Translations under genes and position numbers: made by a program
DNA from: an uncultured Acidobacteriota bacterium
GTDB lineage: Bacteria; Acidobacteriota; JAQAZP01
NCBI GenBank assembly: GCA_963836075.1
Contig: CAWIIB010000008.1
Coordinates: 96,001 to 160,000, forward strand
Length of the DNA stretch: 64,000 nucleotides
Direction: 5' to 3'
Part shown: positions 7,590-18,256 of the stretch, piece after piece
Layout of the letters: each line of letters starts with the position of its first letter
How positions within the stretch are numbered: position 1 is the stretch's first letter
Notes under the pieces: generated by a model
The model's input: the letters and a program-made list of their open reading frames with translations, nothing else
Told to the model about the DNA's origin: nothing
The model's database searches: none

Positions 7590-10530
7590 ACAGTTTGAGG
7601 AAGAAGACCGAGGCCGCCACGCCGTCACCCGGCCCGGCCAGGGGCACGCCCACAGCGAAGCGGATGATGGTCTGCCAGGGGCCGATCACGTTGCCGTTGA
7701 CCTCGAAGCCGGCGAGGAACTCGCGGTCCAGGCCGGTGAGGTCATCGGTGGCCCAGGCGGTGTCCACCCGGCCGCCCAGCCGGATCACCTCGCCCAGGGA
7801 GAGGCCGTAGTAAAGGTGGGCCAGTTGGGCCTGGGAGGCGGTGACCAGCCCGCCCTTGTATCCGGCCACCCGGGTGCCGCTGAAGGTGCTGAAATCGTAT
7901 TTGCTAAAGCGGTCCAGGTTGTCGCCGTCCACGTGCTCCAATTCCAGTTCGATCTCACTGAACCGCTTGAGGCGCCAGGTCTTTTTCGCGCCCACGCGCC
8001 AGCGGAGGTAGCTGTCGTAATCCGGGTCGTAATCGGGGTTGTCCGCGAAGCCCCAGGGTTCCCAGTCGCTGCGGGCGAACAGGGCCGCCCGGCCGCCCAG
8101 CTGGTAACCCGCCCGGTTGAAGCTGAGGTCCATGCGGCCGGCGTGGGTCAGGGTATCGTTGGGGATGACGAAGGCCGGGTTGGTGTCCTTGGCGTCGGAG
8201 TAGCGCTCCATCCCCAGCTCGTAGGAGAAGTCGACCTTGGTGTAGGTGCCCAGGGGGCGGCCGACGGTCAGGGTGAGACCCGCCCCCAGTTCCTTCACCG
8301 TTTCTTCCAGCACCTCTTCGCCGTCGCGATACTGCTCCTGCTCCAGCGGGATGAAGACCCCGTTGAGGCTGGCCCCGGCATTCCACTTGCTGTTGCCCAG
8401 CTGGGGGTCGGCGGCCGAGGCGCTGAGCAGCAGGCCGGCGAAAAAGATGTTGGTCTGGATGTCGGTGCCCTTCAGCTTGCGGTTGTAGTAGTCGATCCCG
8501 GCCAGCGGCACCGGGTAGTCCAGCGAGTCGTCGTAGAAGATCCCGCCGACCAGCGAGAGCAGCCCGTAGCTGAACTCCTCCTGCACCTGCCGGTTGCCAT
8601 CACTGTCCTGCTTCAGGTAGCGCAGCCCGGCCTCGGTGTCGCGGACCACGGTGTCGTCGGACCGCAGGACCTGCTCGCGCTTTCCTTCGAAATCCGGATC
8701 GTTGAGCCGCAGTGAGGTGAGCAGGGTCTCCTTCTCCACCTGCACCGTGGCGTTGACGAATTTCTGCAGCTCCTGGCCCACCCGCTTCAGCGGCATGACA
8801 AAGGAACCCTCGGCACCCCACTCCGCCGGTTGGCCGTCCTGGTCCACCGGGGAGTGGTGGATCGTCTCCACGTTGGAGAAGACGTCACCTCCGAGCCCCA
8901 TCTGAATGCCCCGGGTCCTGACACGGCAGTAGAGCTCGCGGTCGATCCAGACCGTGCCCTTCCACAGGGCCTCGCTGGTGGTGATGCCCGAGGGCTCGAA
9001 CTCCACCTTCCAGCAGTCCCGGCCATCGATGGTATCGGTGCCCCGCAGGCGGTAGCGGTATTCCTTCTCCAGGGTGATCTCCAGCGGCATCTCCGCCGCG
9101 CGCTCGGGCTGGATGATGGGGATCTCGGGGAGCTTGCCCCGCCACTTGACCCCGCCGAGGTAGACCCGCTGCCAGGCCCAGTCGAACCCCTCGCCCTCGG
9201 TGTAGAAGAAGTCGCCCTCCCGGGTCACCTCGAAGGCGCCGCCCGAGGGAACGGTGAAACGGAGATACTCGGTCTGCAGCGCCGTATAGCGGTGCAGGCG
9301 GCGGGCCTGCCCGTCCTCGAACACCTGCAGCCGGCGCAGGATCTCGGCCACCGGCATCTGCCGCTCCCCGGTAATGGTGATCTCCTCATCGATGCCGCCC
9401 ATCTCGGCGCCGCCCAGGCGGCTCACCCGGACCAGCAGCACCGGCCCGGGGTTCTCGATGGTCAGCCGGTAGCCGGTTCCCATGTTGCGGAACCGGGCGA
9501 TCGGCTTCACTTCGCCGGTGAGCAGGTCCACCAGCTCCGGCTGGAACAGTCCGCCCTGGTCCAGCTCGATCACCGCCGGTCCGTCGCCCGGGGCGGTCTC
9601 CACCACCAGCCGCAGGCCCAGATCTTCAGCGCGGACAAAGGCCCAGGCATTCTTCCCGCCCCGTGGTTCGGAGTACGGGTCGTGGGAGAGTTCGCCGCCG
9701 AACTCCCGGGCCAGCACGGTGAGCGGCCGCAGGTCTTCATCGCCGGTGCCGGAGGAGTAGTCGAAGAAGGTCAGCGCCGCTCCGGCCGCGGCCTGCTGGG
9801 CGGCCCGGGCCACGGCCAGCCGGGGCTGCGGTGGTGCGGGCAGCTGGTCCACGATCATCGGCAGGCCGGGGTCGAGGTCCACCATGCGGATGATGCAGGC
9901 CTCCAGCGCCTCGGGGGTCGACGGCTCCAGGGCCAGGCCGTGGACGTAGGAGACGATCTCCCAGCTGTAGAGCTCGCTCAGCGCGTCGGGGCTGGCCGGC
10001 TGGGGCGCGGTGATGATGTGCGCCCCGGGGTCGGCCCCGGCCACGGCCACCGAGACCTGCTTCAGCAGAAAGGCATATTCCTCGGGGGTGACGGCTCCGC
10101 CGGACGGCTCCCAGAACACCTGGTAGTGACCGTCGGGCGGCGCCTGCCGCACCAGCCCGACCATGGCCTCGATCTCCGCGGCCAGCGCCGCTCCGTTGGC
10201 CGAGGCCGGGGCCGGCGTGTTGAACTGCAGCATCATCCAGGGCCGGGCTCCCGCGGCGGCCAGAGCGGCGGCTGCTTCCGCGGCGCCGCTGCCGGACGGG
10301 CTCACCGCCCAGCGGATGTAGATCGCCTGGTCGTCCTCCAGGGGCAGGCCGGCCGCCAGCTGGTCCGCGGCGGCCAGCGGGTCGGCCACGGTCACCCCGG
10401 CACAGGGGCAGCAGGGGGGACCCTCGCCCGCCGCGGCAGGAAACGCGGAGCAGATGTTGAGCAGAAGCAAAAGGGCGATGAAAACAGGGAAGCGATTACT
10501 CACAAAGCTGGTGCCGCTGGTGATGGTCAT
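7582..10530 (-). CDS. Large exported protein with a LolA/MucB-like middle domain and C-terminal beta-barrel
   Basis: Signal peptide; YRYRLRGTDTIDGRDCWKVEFEP...KGTVWID sorting-protein-like motif; C-terminal ~320 aa of alternating beta strands ending FFLKLFK. Confidence 0.6.
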   Translation of the reverse strand: MTITSGTSFVSNRFPVFIALLLLLNICSAFPAAAGEGPPCCPCAGVTVADPLAAADQLAAGLPLEDDQAIYIRWAVSPSGSGAAEAAAALAAAGARPWMMLQFNTPAPASANGAALAAEIEAMVGLVRQAPPDGHYQVFWEPSGGAVTPEEYAFLLKQVSVAVAGADPGAHIITAPQPASPDALSELYSWEIVSYVHGLALEPSTPEALEACIIRMVDLDPGLPMIVDQLPAPPQPRLAVARAAQQAAAGAALTFFDYSSGTGDEDLRPLTVLAREFGGELSHDPYSEPRGGKNAWAFVRAEDLGLRLVVETAPGDGPAVIELDQGGLFQPELVDLLTGEVKPIARFRNMGTGYRLTIENPGPVLLVRVSRLGGAEMGGIDEEITITGERQMPVAEILRRLQVFEDGQARRLHRYTALQTEYLRFTVPSGGAFEVTREGDFFYTEGEGFDWAWQRVYLGGVKWRGKLPEIPIIQPERAAEMPLEITLEKEYRYRLRGTDTIDGRDCWKVEFEPSGITTSEALWKGTVWIDRELYCRVRTRGIQMGLGGDVFSNVETIHHSPVDQDGQPAEWGAEGSFVMPLKRVGQELQKFVNATVQVEKETLLTSLRLNDPDFEGKREQVLRSDDTVVRDTEAGLRYLKQDSDGNRQVQEEFSYGLLSLVGGIFYDDSLDYPVPLAGIDYYNRKLKGTDIQTNIFFAGLLLSASAADPQLGNSKWNAGASLNGVFIPLEQEQYRDGEEVLEETVKELGAGLTLTVGRPLGTYTKVDFSYELGMERYSDAKDTNPAFVIPNDTLTHAGRMDLSFNRAGYQLGGRAALFARSDWEPWGFADNPDYDPDYDSYLRWRVGAKKTWRLKRFSEIELELEHVDGDNLDRFSKYDFSTFSGTRVAGYKGGLVTASQAQLAHLYYGLSLGEVIRLGGRVDTAWATDDLTGLDREFLAGFEVNGNVIGPWQTIIRFAVGVPLAGPGDGVAASVFFLKLFK

Positions 10531-10664
10531 TCCGTATCTCCCGGACTGGTCGCGTCATCGGATTATTCGCGGGGGGGCACGGCAGCCCTTCCTCCAAAAG
10601 AAACAGATCTGATTGTAGCACCTTGTTCTCCGGGATCGGAATGGAGCCGGCGGGTATCCCGGCG

Positions 10665-12968
10665 CTATTCCTCCAGCACCCGGGCCAGAACAGCGTTTTC
10701 AGGGTTGAAGGTAACCTGATCGGGCGGACCGGGGAGCTGGAAAGTGAAGCTGTTTTCCGGCTGATGAATATCCAGAACGAACAGTTCCCGGGTGCCGTTC
10801 ACGTATTCCAGCAGGAGCGGGACCGGCATATGGAACTCCTCCGGGGCCTCCGACTGCTTCACCGTCACCTCGAGGCTGCTGCCGCCGTTTTCCGTTTCCC
10901 GCACCCGGTGGCTCCAGCGGTATTCCGGGATGTGGGTTCCCTCCAGCCACTGGCGGAAGAACCAGGACCAGTCCCGGCCGGTGAGCTTCTCCAGGTGTCG
11001 CCGGAAGTCGGCGGTGGAGGCCTCGCCCCCGGCGCACTCCTGCAGGAACCCGGAGAGCAGGCGGCGGAACAGGTCGTCGTCTCCGGTTTCGTTGCGCAGG
11101 ATCACCCGCAGCATGTGCAGCACCAGCGGCCCCTTGTGGTAAGCCTGGATCAGGTAGCCGGAAGGGATCTTGAACGACGATGCCCGGCGGCCCACCCCCA
11201 CCGGCCCCAGGTGCTCCCGCTCCTTGCGCACGGCGTGGATGTTCCAGGGCCGGGCAAAGCGGCTCATGCCCCCCTCGAGGGAACCGAGGCATTCGTTGGC
11301 GTAGACCCGGACGATCTCCTCGTAGAATGCATCATCCGGCCGGGACTCCTCGAGAAAGAGCATGGCCGAGTATTCGGCAAAGGATTCGCTGAGCCACTGG
11401 TCGCGGTAGCTTTTGAAGCCCACCAGCTCGCCCCACAGCTGGTGGGCCGCCTCGTGGGCTCGGAACAGCGCCGAGGCGCCGGCCCGTTCTTCCCGGAAGA
11501 GGCTGCGGGGGAGGTGGAGGAAGCCCGGGAAGGCCTGGCCGTGGCCGCTGTCGATCCAGGTGACCAGCACCTGTGGTGCCGGGATCTCCACCTCCAGCCA
11601 GTGCTGGTAGAAGGCCAGGCTCTGGGCCACGTCCCGGGCCACGGCGGCCATCATATCGTCGCTGGCCAGCCCGAAGGCGGTTACGGGCGGGGCGCCATCC
11701 AGCGTCACGGTCTCCTCCCGGAACCGCTTGCCCACGGTGAAACCGTAGTGGCGCACCGGGGTATCCATCAGCCAGACCGAGCGACGCACCTTGTCCTCCA
11801 CGATCTCCTCCTCCAGCCGGCCCACCGCCCGCACCTGGTGCTTTTCCTTGAGCTTGACGACCAGGCGCACCGTGTGGCGGTCGTTGATCTCTTCCCGGTT
11901 GGCGGGGTACCAGGAGCGGCCGGAGAGATAGTTGAGAATCTTCATCCGGTAGATGGCGACGAACGTCCGCTCCTCGCCGGCCGGCACCGCCTCGTCGAAG
12001 AGCACGGCCAGACTGTCGGTGGAGAGCCGGCGGTCCAGCGCGGCGAACCGTTTGCCGATGCGGTCGCGGATGAAGGGCAGCGGCTCGCCGTCCGGCGTCT
12101 CCACGCCGCTCAGCTCGGCCAGTTGCGGCAGCTGGAAGGTGAAGACCCGGCAGCCGTCGCACTTCGGCACAAAGGTCACCGCGGCCTTGAACTCGGCGTA
12201 GTCCGGCCGGTTGAAGAGGGCGCACTTTGTCAAGTCGGCCTCGATCTCCAGGTGGGTGATGTCCGCCGGGTCGGCGGCCGGCCGGTCATCCTCATCACTG
12301 TCCACGCTGACCCAGATCTCCCGGTAGCCCCACTTGGACCAGAGCTTTTCCAGCCGCATCTCCTCCCGGCGCAGCTGGTCCATCTCGAAGGTCAGCCAGC
12401 CGAACCGCTCGGTCTTGATCTCGATCCAGATATACTCGCCGTCCTCGTTGAGCAGGCCGGCGGCCAGCCGCGAGTCGATGTCCACACCGGCCAGCTTGAG
12501 CCACCTCTCGTGGCGCTCCCGGGCCAGGTCGGCCGGCTGGTAACCGGCGGGCATTCTTGACCCGGCATATTCCTCCAGTCCCGGCGCGGTGGTCCGCAGC
12601 ACCAGCCTGGTGAACGGCTCCTCGAGCAGGCCATCCACTGATTCACCGCTGAAGCGGTCCAGCTGGTCCCGCTCCACCGGGTCGCGGACTTCAGTGGTCA
12701 GCCGGCCCTGGCCCTCGAAGACCAGGCCGGTGACCACGCCGTTGCACGGTTCGCCCAGCCGGACCGTCCCCGAGATCAGCTCGAAGGAGGCCAATCCCTG
12801 AAGCGACATGCCAAAGCTATCCTCTTCAATGGGGATCTCCTCGCTGAAGCGGTACTGGCGCAGCTGGTGGTAGACCGGCACTGGCAGCGGGTCGGGGGCC
12901 TGTTCCCCGTTTGCCGGCAGGGCCATGGAGAGCGTCAGGATGAGGAGCATGAGCGGTTGTCTCATCAT
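10665..12968 (-). CDS. Secreted M1-family (gluzincin) aminopeptidase
   Basis: Signal peptide; HEAAHQLWG...WLSESFAEY (HExxH-x18-E); YHKGPLVLHMLR. Confidence 0.9.
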   Translation of the reverse strand: MMRQPLMLLILTLSMALPANGEQAPDPLPVPVYHQLRQYRFSEEIPIEEDSFGMSLQGLASFELISGTVRLGEPCNGVVTGLVFEGQGRLTTEVRDPVERDQLDRFSGESVDGLLEEPFTRLVLRTTAPGLEEYAGSRMPAGYQPADLARERHERWLKLAGVDIDSRLAAGLLNEDGEYIWIEIKTERFGWLTFEMDQLRREEMRLEKLWSKWGYREIWVSVDSDEDDRPAADPADITHLEIEADLTKCALFNRPDYAEFKAAVTFVPKCDGCRVFTFQLPQLAELSGVETPDGEPLPFIRDRIGKRFAALDRRLSTDSLAVLFDEAVPAGEERTFVAIYRMKILNYLSGRSWYPANREEINDRHTVRLVVKLKEKHQVRAVGRLEEEIVEDKVRRSVWLMDTPVRHYGFTVGKRFREETVTLDGAPPVTAFGLASDDMMAAVARDVAQSLAFYQHWLEVEIPAPQVLVTWIDSGHGQAFPGFLHLPRSLFREERAGASALFRAHEAAHQLWGELVGFKSYRDQWLSESFAEYSAMLFLEESRPDDAFYEEIVRVYANECLGSLEGGMSRFARPWNIHAVRKEREHLGPVGVGRRASSFKIPSGYLIQAYHKGPLVLHMLRVILRNETGDDDLFRRLLSGFLQECAGGEASTADFRRHLEKLTGRDWSWFFRQWLEGTHIPEYRWSHRVRETENGGSSLEVTVKQSEAPEEFHMPVPLLLEYVNGTRELFVLDIHQPENSFTFQLPGPPDQVTFNPENAVLARVLEE

Positions 12969-13007
12969 GAGAATGATTATACCGGGTGGCGAAGGGGGCC
13001 GCTCGGT

Positions 13008-14324
13008 TCAGAGCGGCAGGCGCAGCAGCGCCCGGCAGCCGGGGCCGCCGGTGCGGTCGGCCAGCTGGAGGCTGCCGCCATGGGCCTCGGCGATCTGGCG
13101 GCAGAGGAAGAGCCCCACCCCCGACCCTCCGGGCTTGGTGGTGAAGAAGGGGACAAAGAGATTGGCACTGTCCGGCAGGCCGGGGCCCTGGTCCAGCACC
13201 GAGAGTTCCAGCAGGTCCCCGCTCGCCGCCCAGGAGATCCGCACCTCGCCGCCGGTCTCCAGGCTGGCGTCCGCCGCGTTGCGTACCAGGTTGATCAGCA
13301 GCTGTTCCAGCTGGTCCCGGTCGGCCTGGATCGTCAGAGCAGGCCCACCGTCGACCAGCGGTTTGAGACGGGTTTCCATGCGCACCGCCCGCTGGACCAG
13401 GCCGGCCAGCTCCACCGGGCCCGGTGTGGGTTGCGGCAGCCGGGCCAGGGTGGAGTAGGCGCCCATGAAGCGGTTGAGCGAGTCGGCCCGCGAACCGATG
13501 ACCTGCAGACCGCGGTGCAGGTCCTCCCGCCAGTCTTCGGCCAGCGGCTCCCGGCCGGTCATCTCCTCCAGGCTCACCGACAGCGATTTGATCGGGGCCA
13601 GCGAGTTGTTCAGCTCGTGGCCCATCACCCGGATCAGCCGTTTCCAGGCGTCCACCTCCTCGGCCCGCAGGGCCCGGCTGACATCGGAGAGGATCACCAG
13701 GTGGTGCGGGCGGCCAAGGTGGCGGAAGACGCCCCGCCGCAGTTCCCAGCGCCCGCCGGCGCCCGGGATGCCGAGGGTCAGGGTGCGGGCCGGCTCGCCG
13801 TCGAGGCAGGCGTCGAGATTCAGCTCTTCCGCGGTGCGGCCGGTGATCTGCTCAGCGGTGCGGCCGATCAGCCGCTCACCGGCCCGGTTGACCAGCCGCA
13901 GCTTGCGGTGCGTGTCAAAGGAAAAGACCGCCACGTCGATCTCGCCCAGCACGGTGCGCAGCATGGTGGTGGATTCGGTGTCCACCAGCCGCTGGGCGCG
14001 CAGCGCTTCGGCCAGGGCGTTGATCTCCAGGGTCAGTTCGGCGAAGGCGTCCTCCCGTCCGCCGCGGCGCAGCCGGAAAGAGAAGTCACCTTCGCGCAGC
14101 GCGGAGATGATGTTGGCCAGGGTGCGCAGGCGGTAGTCCAGGCGGCGGTAGGTCAGCCAGGCCGTGCCGGCCAGGGCAGTCGTCAGCAGGACACCGGTCG
14201 TCCAGAAGACCCGTGGTGACACATTGTGCGTGTGGAGCAGGATGACGGCCGTGACGGTGGCCGGCAGGCCGCCGGCCAGGGTCGCCAGCAGGAAGCGGGT
14301 TTTCCGACCGGCTTTCATCGCCAT
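13008..14324 (-). CDS. Sensor histidine kinase (HAMP/PAS, NtrY-like)
   Basis: Two TM helices; H-box GHELNNSL, N-box NLVRNA, DQGPG, FFTTK, GSGVGL. Confidence 0.92.
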   Translation of the reverse strand: MAMKAGRKTRFLLATLAGGLPATVTAVILLHTHNVSPRVFWTTGVLLTTALAGTAWLTYRRLDYRLRTLANIISALREGDFSFRLRRGGREDAFAELTLEINALAEALRAQRLVDTESTTMLRTVLGEIDVAVFSFDTHRKLRLVNRAGERLIGRTAEQITGRTAEELNLDACLDGEPARTLTLGIPGAGGRWELRRGVFRHLGRPHHLVILSDVSRALRAEEVDAWKRLIRVMGHELNNSLAPIKSLSVSLEEMTGREPLAEDWREDLHRGLQVIGSRADSLNRFMGAYSTLARLPQPTPGPVELAGLVQRAVRMETRLKPLVDGGPALTIQADRDQLEQLLINLVRNAADASLETGGEVRISWAASGDLLELSVLDQGPGLPDSANLFVPFFTTKPGGSGVGLFLCRQIAEAHGGSLQLADRTGGPGCRALLRLPL

Positions 14325-14341
14325 TTCACGATACCGGGGAG

Positions 14342-15742
14342 TTACAGGTTGAACTTTTCCATTCGGCGATAGAGCGCGCTGCGGCTGAGACCGAGGGTTT
14401 CCGCGGCCCGGCTCACGTTCCCCTCGTGACGCTGGAGCGCTTTTTTCACCAGCAGCTGTTCCACTTCCTCGAGGCTCAGTGTCTCCAGGTTCTCGCTGCG
14501 TCCCGGGGCGGCCAGCAGGCCCAGTTCGTCGGCCCTGATCCGGGGACCGGCGGCCAGCAGGGTGGCCCGTTCCACCACGTGGGCCAGTTCGCGCACGTTT
14601 CCCGGCCAGCGGTGCCGCTGCAGCTCACCGGCCGCCGCCTCGTCGAACCCGGCCAGTTCCTTGCCGTAGCGTTCGGCAAATCGGCCGAGAAAGTGGGCGG
14701 CCAGCACCGGGATGTCTTCCACCCGCTCGCGCAGCGGCGGCAGATGGATCTGCACCGTGTTCAGGCGGAAGAGCAGGTCCTCGCGGAAACGGCCGGTGGC
14801 CACCGCCTCGTCCAGGTCGGCGTTGGTGGCCGAGATGATGCGCACATCCACCCGGCAGGTGCGGGAGGAACCCACCCGTTCCAGTTCGCCGGTCTCCAGC
14901 ACCCGCAGCAGCTTGGCCTGCTGGGAGGCCGGCACGTTGGCGATCTCGTCGAGGAACAGCGTGCCGCCGTGGGCCAGTTCGAAGCGGCCCATCCGGTCCT
15001 CCCGGGCGTCGGTGAAGGCGCCGCGCACATGGCCGAAAAGCTCGCTGGCAAAGACCCCCTCGGAGAGCCCGCCGGCGTTCACCGTGACCAGCGGCGCGTC
15101 GGACCGGGGGGACAGGGCGTGCAGGGTGCGGGCCACCACCTCCTTGCCGGTGCCGTGCTCGCCGGTGACCAGCACGTTGGCCGGGGACGGTCCCACCTTG
15201 GTGATCAGTTCCATCACCGGATCCATGGCGCTGGAGACGGTGATCAGCTCCGGGCGGTTTGCGGCCCGCAGCAGCCGGTTCTCGGCCTCCAGGCGCTGGC
15301 CCTGCCGCAGGGCCCGGGAGAGTTCGATCTGGGTCTGAAGCACGGAGAGCAGCCGGTGGTTGTCCCACGGTTTTTTCACGAAGTCCCGGGCGCCGCGGCG
15401 GATGGCTTCCACGGCCAGTTCCACGCTGCTCCAGGCGGTCATCACCACCACCGGCAGCGAACTGTCCAGGGCCTGCAGGCCGGCCAGCAGGTCGAGGCCC
15501 TCCTCTCCCGAGGTGGTGTCGCGGGTGTAGTTGAGGTCGATGAGCACCGCGTCGAACTCCCCGGCCTTTGCGGCCTCGAGCGCGTCGGCCGGCGACCCGG
15601 CGGTCTCCACCCGGTAGCCCTCGGGTTTGAGCAGCAGGCGCAGGGCTTCCAGGATATCGGGCTGATCGTCGGCGATCAGCACCCGCGGCGGCTTCTTCTC
15701 ACTGGCTTCATTCATTGGCGGTCCGTCCGGAACAGTCTTCAT
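14342..15742 (-). CDS. Sigma54-dependent NtrC-family response regulator
   Basis: Receiver domain (IADD, DLNY), GEHGTGKE, SELFGH..GAFTDA, LFLDEI, WPGNVREL, Fis-type HTH. Confidence 0.95.
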   Translation of the reverse strand: MKTVPDGPPMNEASEKKPPRVLIADDQPDILEALRLLLKPEGYRVETAGSPADALEAAKAGEFDAVLIDLNYTRDTTSGEEGLDLLAGLQALDSSLPVVVMTAWSSVELAVEAIRRGARDFVKKPWDNHRLLSVLQTQIELSRALRQGQRLEAENRLLRAANRPELITVSSAMDPVMELITKVGPSPANVLVTGEHGTGKEVVARTLHALSPRSDAPLVTVNAGGLSEGVFASELFGHVRGAFTDAREDRMGRFELAHGGTLFLDEIANVPASQQAKLLRVLETGELERVGSSRTCRVDVRIISATNADLDEAVATGRFREDLLFRLNTVQIHLPPLRERVEDIPVLAAHFLGRFAERYGKELAGFDEAAAGELQRHRWPGNVRELAHVVERATLLAAGPRIRADELGLLAAPGRSENLETLSLEEVEQLLVKKALQRHEGNVSRAAETLGLSRSALYRRMEKFNL

Positions 15743-15784
15743 TGACCCTACGAGTATAGCCCAGAACTGGTCTCCATCCTCCTG

Positions 15785-18256
15785 CTACTCGCAGCGCAGG
15801 GTCACCGCCGGGTCCACCAGGGTGGACCGCCGCGCCGGGATCCAGGAGGCCAGCAGGGCAACAGCGGCCAGCACCAGGGAGACGACGATGAAGGTCAGCG
15901 GGTCGGTGGCGCCGATGCCGTAGAGCAGGTTGGAGAGCAGGCGTGTGCCGGCCAGGGCGATGACCAGTCCGATGGACAGGCCGATGGCGGTGAGCCTGAT
16001 CCCCTGCTTGAGCATCATTTTGATGATGTCCCCCCGCTGCGCGCCCAGCGCGGTGCGGATGCCGATCTCGTGCATCCGCTGGTTGGCGGTGTAGGACATC
16101 ACGCCGTAGAGGCCCACCGCGGCCAGCACCAGGGCCAGCAGGCCGAAGAGGCCGAAGCCGGCGGCGGCAAAGCGGGCGGGGAGCAGGATGAAGCCGATCA
16201 GCTCGGTGAGCCGGCCGGAACTGGCCAGCGCCATGTCGGGGCTGATCTCGCGAAAGATCTCCCGCACCGGTGTGGCGGCGATCAAAGGATCGCCGGTGGT
16301 GCGTACCAGCAGCGTGGCCATGAAATCCTGGGTGGTCTGGGACATGGGGAGGTAGACGTGGGGCCGCGGTTCCTCGCCGATCAGCCAGTACTTGGTGGTT
16401 TTGGCCACGCCCACCACTTCCAGGAACGGCCCCTCGGCGTCCTCGCGGCTGATGGTCTTGCCCAGCGGGTTTTCGCCGGGCCAGTAGCGGTCGGCAAATG
16501 CCTGGTTGACGATGGCCACCCCCGGGGTCTGGGCGCTGTCCCCGTCATTGAAGTCCCGTCCTTCCAATAGCGGGATGCCCAGGGTGCGGAAACTGTCGCT
16601 GCTCACCGTGGCGAAGCTGGAGTTGGTGTCGATCTCCTCCGGGTCGGCGTATTGATGCCCCTCGATCCAGAAGTTTGTCGAGGAGATGGTGAGGGTCAGC
16701 GGGACACAGTCCTCGATACAGGCCGATTCCACTCCCGGCATGGCCCGGGTGCGCTCCAGAAGCCGGTTGCAGAAGGCCATGGTCGATTCTTCCTGGTCGG
16801 GCAGTGTGCCGAAGTCGAAGGCCACGGCCAGGATGTTCTCGTGGTCGAAACCGGGGTCGATGGCCCGGGCCTGGAGCAGGCTGCGCACGAAAAGGCCGGC
16901 CACGATGAGCAGCACCAGCGACGAGGCCACCTGGGCCACCACCAGGGTGTTGCGGAGTTTTGAGCGCCGAAAACCGAAGCGCCCCGCCCCCCGGTCGTCC
17001 TTCAGGGTGGAGAAGAGGTCAACCCGGGTGGCGCCCAGGGCGGGGAAGAGACCGAAGAGGATGCCGGCCAGCATGGAGACCCCCGCGGTGAAGAGCAGCA
17101 CCCGCCGGTCGATGGCGAAGTCGAGATCGAGGGCCACGTTGAACGGCAGCTGCGGGATGGCGGCTACCAGCAGGTCGAGGGTCCAGGAGGAGAGCAGCAG
17201 GCCGGCCGCTCCGCCCAGCAGCGCCAGAAAGACACTCTCGGTGAGCATCTGCCGCACGATGCGGCGGCGCGGAGCGCCGAGGGACAGCCGGACGCCGATC
17301 TCGCGGCGGCGGGCCACCGAGCGGGCCAGCAGCAGGTTGGCCACGTTGGCGCAGCCCACCAGCAGGACCAGCCCCACCATCGACATCACCAGCAGTGAGA
17401 TCATCTTCGCCACCCGCCTCATGTTGGGGGTCATGGGGATCACCCCGTTGGCCGGCTCCAGCATCGCCTGCTCGCCGGTGTAGCGTTCGGCGTCCACCTC
17501 CACCATGCCGGCCGCGGTCACCGTCATGCTGGCCCGGGCCTGTTCCAGGCTCAGGCCGGGCTTGAGCAGGCCGATGGCATGGAGAAACCCGCTCCCCCGC
17601 TGCTCCAGTTGCCCCTGCATTTCTGGGCGCAGCTGCCCCATGATAGCCAACGGCACCCAGAGGTCCGGCGAGGGGATGGCCGTGGCCCCGGTAAACCCCT
17701 GGGGGGCGATTCCCACGATGGTGCACGGTTTCCCGCTGATGGTGATGGTTTGCCCCACCAGATCAACCGCACCGCCATATTCCCGCTGCCAGAAGCGGTA
17801 ACTGAGGACCACCACCGTCGGGCCGTCGGGCCCCTGGTCGTCATCGGGGGTGAGCACTCTGCCGTGGAGCGCTCCCACGCCCAGCGTGCGGAAGTAGTTC
17901 CCGGTGGCCACCTGCCCGAAGCGTGTCTCGCTGCCGCCGTCGCTTTCCATGCTCAGTGGGAGAAAGGCGTATACCGCAAGTTCTTCGAAGATGTCGCTGC
18001 GCTCCCGGTAGTCGAGGTAGTCGGGGTAGGAGAAGACCTCCAGGTCGCTTCCGTCCATCGGGTCGCGGAAGAGGCTGACCAGCCGGTCGGCGTTTTCGAA
18101 GGGCAGCGGGGTGAAGACGATGGTGTTGACCAGGCTGAACATCGCCGTGTTGACCCCGATGGCCAGGGCCAGGGTGAGTACCACCGCCACGGTGAACCCG
18201 GGGTTGTTGAGCAGCATTCTCGCCGCGTAGCGCAGGTCGTTGAACAGCACGCTCAT
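15785..18256 (-). CDS. ABC transporter permease, duplicated MacB/FtsX (ADOP-type)
   Basis: DLRYAARML..NPGFT..., CANVANLLLAR...REIGVR.SLGA, EIGIR.ALGA, DP..TLR.E. Confidence 0.93.
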   Translation of the reverse strand: MSVLFNDLRYAARMLLNNPGFTVAVVLTLALAIGVNTAMFSLVNTIVFTPLPFENADRLVSLFRDPMDGSDLEVFSYPDYLDYRERSDIFEELAVYAFLPLSMESDGGSETRFGQVATGNYFRTLGVGALHGRVLTPDDDQGPDGPTVVVLSYRFWQREYGGAVDLVGQTITISGKPCTIVGIAPQGFTGATAIPSPDLWVPLAIMGQLRPEMQGQLEQRGSGFLHAIGLLKPGLSLEQARASMTVTAAGMVEVDAERYTGEQAMLEPANGVIPMTPNMRRVAKMISLLVMSMVGLVLLVGCANVANLLLARSVARRREIGVRLSLGAPRRRIVRQMLTESVFLALLGGAAGLLLSSWTLDLLVAAIPQLPFNVALDLDFAIDRRVLLFTAGVSMLAGILFGLFPALGATRVDLFSTLKDDRGAGRFGFRRSKLRNTLVVAQVASSLVLLIVAGLFVRSLLQARAIDPGFDHENILAVAFDFGTLPDQEESTMAFCNRLLERTRAMPGVESACIEDCVPLTLTISSTNFWIEGHQYADPEEIDTNSSFATVSSDSFRTLGIPLLEGRDFNDGDSAQTPGVAIVNQAFADRYWPGENPLGKTISREDAEGPFLEVVGVAKTTKYWLIGEEPRPHVYLPMSQTTQDFMATLLVRTTGDPLIAATPVREIFREISPDMALASSGRLTELIGFILLPARFAAAGFGLFGLLALVLAAVGLYGVMSYTANQRMHEIGIRTALGAQRGDIIKMMLKQGIRLTAIGLSIGLVIALAGTRLLSNLLYGIGATDPLTFIVVSLVLAAVALLASWIPARRSTLVDPAVTLRCE

